A stretch of 64,000 bases of DNA, taken from an uncultured Chitinophaga sp. GTDB taxonomy: Bacteria > Bacteroidota > Bacteroidia > Chitinophagales > LD1. Position numbers and translations under genes: made by a program. Positions 60,361-64,000 of the stretch are shown here, piece by piece. The notes under the pieces were generated by a model. The model saw only the letters and a list, made by a program, of their open reading frames with translations. It made no database searches and was not told the DNA's origin. Position 1 is the first letter of the stretch. The number at the start of each line of letters is the position of its first letter. The stretch is taken from contig CAZWAD010000021.1 of the NCBI GenBank assembly GCA_964631835.1, positions 271 to 64,270 of the forward strand, written 5' to 3'.

Positions 60361-60633
60361 TCTTGTCTGTAACTATTGATTTGTTGACTGTAACTATTAG
60401 TTTGTTGTCTGTTAGGTATGATTTGTTGTCTGTAAGCATTAAGTTGTTGTCCGGCAGATGTAAATTGTTATCTGTTAGATATGAATTGTTGTTCGTTAGA
60501 TACGTTTTGTTGTCTGTTATTATCTAATTGTTGCTCGTTAGATATAATTTGTTGGCTGTAAGTATTGATTTGTTGTCTGTAAGATGTAAGTTGTTGTCTG
60601 TAAGATTTAAATTGTTTGGTTTCAGGGTTAGTT
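60361..60633. repeat. Array C: 13 tandem units of exactly 21 nt (consensus TGTTGTCTGTAAGATNTAAKT)
   Basis: Units start at 60361 + 21k for k = 0..12 with no indels, and 11 of 13 begin TGTT. The array lies in the convergent intergenic region between ruvB and the FemAB-like gene. Confidence 0.9.
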
Positions 60634-60765
60634 TTTTTGGTTGTTTTGTAAGTTTTACTCCATAAAATGGCAGTTTTTGTGGTAAAAGCATTCATTTTTG
60701 ATAAAAAGAGGGTAAAAGCTGGACTCTATGTACCAGATTCGTGTAAAAGGGATGGGATAAATAAG

Positions 60766-60789
60766 GGGTATGTCGCAACTACCCTTTTT
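60766..60789 (+). terminator. Candidate intrinsic terminator downstream of array C
   Basis: GGGTA-(9 nt)-TACCC followed by TTTTT on the plus strand. The stem is short, and it could also serve the convergent minus-strand operon. Confidence 0.4.
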
Positions 60790-60838
60790 GGGGTTTGTAA
60801 AAATTATTGCAGAGAGAGTGGTTTTGGAATAGGCGGTT

Positions 60839-61837
60839 TTAGTTTGCCCAGCGGTAATTCATGCCAGTGGTGTTCTGTTGAACGCCTTTCAGCCGGAGAT
60901 AAATATTGAGAAGGGTTTTATAGAGTTTGTAGCGCCAGGTGATTTCGGAATAGAAATGGAAGCCTTTTTCAACGGTTGCGCCAAAGCGGATTTTAAACTT
61001 TTGGATGCCTTCATATTTGGTTCCGCTTACATCGCCTAATCGGAAGCCGCCCATGCAGTAACGCTTAATACCCTTTTGTTTCAGCAGTTTCATTACTTCA
61101 AGTTGCAAGAGTTTATTCGCACCGGGGTAGGGGCAGTCATCTACCCCGCCCGACTGATAGTAGTAAGCTTCCTGTGCGTTCCACAGCACTAAAGCTGCGC
61201 CATATACTTCGTTATCCTTTTCCACTACTGCAACCAAACAGTTCTTTTCACCAAGACTGGCTGCCATGCTACTGACTTCCCTCTCGGGGTCAAAGTAGAT
61301 ATTTTGTTTCTGGTGGGTGTGCTTATATAATTCATAAAAGACAGGGAACCGGTTGTTGCTGAAAACCACTTTCACCCCAGCGGCTAGGGCTTTTCGTATT
61401 TCATTGCGGTAGTTATCGCTGAAGGCTTTAAAAATTTCTTCTTCGCTTTTACTAAGGTCAACGGTTATAATTCCCATTTCGGTAAAGAGGCTTCCCGAAG
61501 GGACCGCCTGAAAAACAGAATAGTGAAGCGGGGGCATAATGAAGTCGCAAATGTTTTGTTGTTTACAGAATGCGAGCATTTTTTCGAGGAAAATATTTTC
61601 TTCTTCGGGGGAAAGGCGCAAGCCGTTCATAACCGGAGGGTATAAATACTGCGCCTGCTTAACCAGTTTTGCCTGCCGGGTTTTAAGGGGAATGATTGCT
61701 CCGGCTTCGTCAGCAATCAAAACCAGATTCCAGCCTTTGCTTTGCTCAAATGCTGCATAGTTTTGCTGAAAATACAAGGGGTATTTTTCTACTGCTTCGA
61801 TTTGATGGAAAGAAACAATCTTCATAGGGCAAATCAA
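60839..61837 (-). CDS. FemAB-family / GNAT-fold aminoacyl- or acyl-transferase
   Basis: 332 aa with a duplicated GNAT-like layout. EAYYYQSGG...GANKLLQLEVMKLLKQKGIKRYCMGG resembles the FemAB/lipid II peptide-bridge transferase family. Confidence 0.7.
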   Translation of the reverse strand: MICPMKIVSFHQIEAVEKYPLYFQQNYAAFEQSKGWNLVLIADEAGAIIPLKTRQAKLVKQAQYLYPPVMNGLRLSPEEENIFLEKMLAFCKQQNICDFIMPPLHYSVFQAVPSGSLFTEMGIITVDLSKSEEEIFKAFSDNYRNEIRKALAAGVKVVFSNNRFPVFYELYKHTHQKQNIYFDPEREVSSMAASLGEKNCLVAVVEKDNEVYGAALVLWNAQEAYYYQSGGVDDCPYPGANKLLQLEVMKLLKQKGIKRYCMGGFRLGDVSGTKYEGIQKFKIRFGATVEKGFHFYSEITWRYKLYKTLLNIYLRLKGVQQNTTGMNYRWAN

Positions 61838-62895
61838 CGGAAAGAACTTAATAATTGGGCTATGCGTTCTATTTCAGTATTAGGTACAGATGCTTCGGTA
61901 GAAATCTCGAAGAAGTTTTTTTGGTACTGATTGAACACCGGGAGGCTGCCTGTAGGATATACAGGGGGCTGTTCGAACAAGCTGAAATACGGGACTGAGT
62001 TATCTTTCAGATATGCGGCAAAGTTTCGGGGTTTATTATTTACATGAATCATGAATTTGAAATACATGCCTTTTCCATCGTCATATGCCAATGCCAGGTA
62101 AGGATGATTTTTAATTGCTTCGGATAAAAGATGATGGCGTTTCTTTCTTTCAGGGTTTGCCTTTGGTAATTCTGCAATAGCCATGTTGGCCGCTTTGAGC
62201 TGGAAGGAAGTCATGGTGCAGATGGTATTGTGAGCGGTAAATAACCGGTTCAGTTTTGCTGTTAACCGGTGGTAAATCTTTTCAGATACGGAGAACCGGT
62301 AACCGTAAATACGCGATTTGAAGAATAAGCGTGCGGCCTGGTCAGCAAGAAAATATCTGAATAATGAAGGAGTGTCAATATTTTGGTTGTAAAAAGTTTC
62401 ATCTATCCGGGTTATCCATCCGCCCAGAGCAGAGGTTGTTGATTTGCCGGGACCAAAAGAGTAAACGGTTCCGTCACCGGATGAAAAATCATCTGCTCCG
62501 TAACATTGGGCAGCATCATGAATAAGCCGGATATTTTTTTCAGCACAAAAGCGCACCACTGAAGCGGTATCGGGGTGAACAAAGCCATAGAGATGAACCA
62601 AAATAACCGCCCGGCATTTTTCTTCTTCAATTTTTTGGAAGTTATAATTGCTCCAGTACGTGCCGTCATTTTTGAGGTCGAGATAAACCGGTGTGAGGTT
62701 TTCGGCTATAAGGGCTTTGGGAACCAAATCGCAGACAAAAGCAGGAATGGCAACAGGTGTTTGTTCAGGCAAATGAAAACTGCGCAGCAGCAGGCGCAAA
62801 GCATTTTCACCGGAATTGGTTGTGAAGCCCTGCAGTTCTGAAACTGCTTGTGGAATTATGGGTGAGGTGAAAAAAGACGGGAAAAAATAATTCAC
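61834..62895 (-). CDS. DegT/DnrJ/EryC1/StrS-family PLP-dependent sugar aminotransferase
   Basis: SGENALRLLL, IHDAAQCYG and YSFGPGKSTTS (candidate PLP lysine) segments, 353 aa. Confidence 0.72.
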   Translation of the reverse strand: MNYFFPSFFTSPIIPQAVSELQGFTTNSGENALRLLLRSFHLPEQTPVAIPAFVCDLVPKALIAENLTPVYLDLKNDGTYWSNYNFQKIEEEKCRAVILVHLYGFVHPDTASVVRFCAEKNIRLIHDAAQCYGADDFSSGDGTVYSFGPGKSTTSALGGWITRIDETFYNQNIDTPSLFRYFLADQAARLFFKSRIYGYRFSVSEKIYHRLTAKLNRLFTAHNTICTMTSFQLKAANMAIAELPKANPERKKRHHLLSEAIKNHPYLALAYDDGKGMYFKFMIHVNNKPRNFAAYLKDNSVPYFSLFEQPPVYPTGSLPVFNQYQKNFFEISTEASVPNTEIERIAQLLSSFR

Positions 62896-62909
62896 GTAAT
62901 AGCATGTAT

Positions 62910-63716
62910 TTACTGCTCAACCAATATTCTGGCAAGCATGGAGTTTTCGCCTGCCGGATTTATCTCAAAACTGAATTTATGCGAGGCTTGCAGTGTTTTT
63001 AACAGACTCTTCAACGGATGAACGTAGCCCACATCGAACCTGCGAACTTCTTTGGCTTCGGTAAATTGCTGTGCCTCGTCAAAATCAATTTTCCGCAACG
63101 AGTTTACAATCATAATTTCTTTATTAGTAATGGTCAGCACATGCTTTAATACATCTTCGAAAACAGCAGGAGGGATATAGTCAGTTGAGCCCATAAGCGT
63201 AACGAGGTCGAACTTTTCATTCACCTGCCGGACATCCAAGCAAAAAAACTTTGCTTTTGAATCGGGGTAAATATTTTTAGGGGCAGCGACAATGTCTTCG
63301 CTGATGTCAATACCCCAGACTTTATTTACAGAAGGAATTCCGGCAGCCATAGCAGCAAGCCCGCCCCATCCGCAGCCGACATCAAGCAAAGAAGTGTAAT
63401 TACGCGCTTTCATTTCCGCCACCACCATCTGGAAATATTTGTTTTCCGAAGGCGGATTCCAGAAATACCAGCCGTAGCCGAGGTCGCTTTCCCAAAAACT
63501 TTTCTGATAGTCTTTACCGTTGGAAAGGGATATGAACTCATCCTGGTAATGTTTGTTGCCGGTCATAGTTTGGTTGATGTTGCGCACTAACACCATCCCC
63601 GTTCTGGAGTCCCTGAGCTTTTTATCAAGAGCAAGCTGAAAAACTTTTTTCCGGTATGCCGAAGATTTCAGGCGAATTCGGAAATAGCTATCTAAAATAT
63701 CGCTGACGAGAAACAT
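62910..63716 (-). CDS. Class I SAM-dependent methyltransferase
   Basis: LLDVGCGWGGLAAMAA is SAM-binding motif I, 268 aa. Confidence 0.8.
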   Translation of the reverse strand: MFLVSDILDSYFRIRLKSSAYRKKVFQLALDKKLRDSRTGMVLVRNINQTMTGNKHYQDEFISLSNGKDYQKSFWESDLGYGWYFWNPPSENKYFQMVVAEMKARNYTSLLDVGCGWGGLAAMAAGIPSVNKVWGIDISEDIVAAPKNIYPDSKAKFFCLDVRQVNEKFDLVTLMGSTDYIPPAVFEDVLKHVLTITNKEIMIVNSLRKIDFDEAQQFTEAKEVRRFDVGYVHPLKSLLKTLQASHKFSFEINPAGENSMLARILVEQ

Positions 63717-63873
63717 ATTGCTTTTGTATTTCGTGCAAATTAAAAAAATCAGATTACTATGCAGATGACAAGGAAGCCGGGGGGCTTATACAATTTTTTT
63801 CCTGTTTCAATGTTACGGAGCAATATTTGCGATATTAGTCGTGAAAATTGAAATCCTAAAAACTTGTTTTGGC

Positions 63874-64000
63874 ATGAGCACAACCTATTATGCGGTGATT
63901 TTTACCACTATCCGAACCGAAGGCGATAACGGCTATTCTGAAATGGCGAAGAGGATGGAAGAACTTGCCGCGCAGCAACCGGGTTATCTGGGAATAGAAT
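63874..64000 (+). CDS. Antibiotic-biosynthesis-monooxygenase (ABM/Dabb-fold) family protein, 5' fragment running off the right edge
   Basis: Absent from the ORF track (edge-truncated). Hand translation gives MSTTYYAVIFTTIRTEGDNGYSEMAKRMEELAAQQPGYLGIE, the typical N-terminus of small ABM-domain proteins. Confidence 0.6.
   Translation, partial: MSTTYYAVIFTTIRTEGDNGYSEMAKRMEELAAQQPGYLGIE

Noticed and set aside
60194-60695. Minus-strand ORFs 60194-60439 and 60468-60695 (SYRQQL-type heptads) in array C.
   Set aside because: The two ORFs are in different frames and are interrupted by a stop codon. The first overlaps the 3' end of ruvB. The composition is repeat-driven.

Overview
This is a Bacteroidota-type chromosomal segment. 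The evidence is an lpxC/fabZ fusion gene, many proteins with T9SS C-terminal sorting domains, TAnnTTTG-type -7 promoter boxes, and the conserved tRNA(Thr-Tyr-Gly-Thr)-tuf unit. Most of the window is housekeeping: tuf, hpf, a Xer-like recombinase, tdk, lpxD/lpxC-fabZ/lpxA, a CCA-adding enzyme, miaA, rlmB, aroE, rmuC, ruvB, proline dehydrogenase, an aldehyde dehydrogenase and an M1 peptidase. There are two envelope-glycan clusters. The one at 21.9-38.1 kb has three GT-C-type membrane glycosyltransferases, GT4 enzymes, AsnB, methyltransferases and a Wzx-like flippase. The one at 60.8-63.7 kb has a FemAB-like enzyme, a DegT-like aminotransferase and a methyltransferase. Several large secreted T9SS cargo proteins are also present. 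No CRISPR array, transposase, restriction-modification or toxin-antitoxin genes are recognisable. The unusual signal is non-coding: four intergenic arrays of degenerate tandem repeats, each keeping an exact register with no indels. Array A has 6 units of 41 nt (1519-1764). Array D has 15-16 units of 21 nt (21376-21711). Array B has 6 units of 42 nt (38562-38813). Array C has 13 units of 21 nt (60361-60633). Their unit cores look related (TCT-R-Y-AAC / TGTCTGT). Arrays A and B each sit directly upstream of an orphan gene that lacks a signal peptide, and each has CCGTAC-containing inverted repeats next to it. Array D is bracketed by a duplicated promoter-like 27/28-nt direct repeat. I cannot run searches, so novelty and function are hypotheses. 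Two edge-truncated CDS (1-1355 minus strand, 63874-64000 plus strand) are missing from the supplied ORF track and were translated by hand. Several start codons were moved relative to the ORF track.
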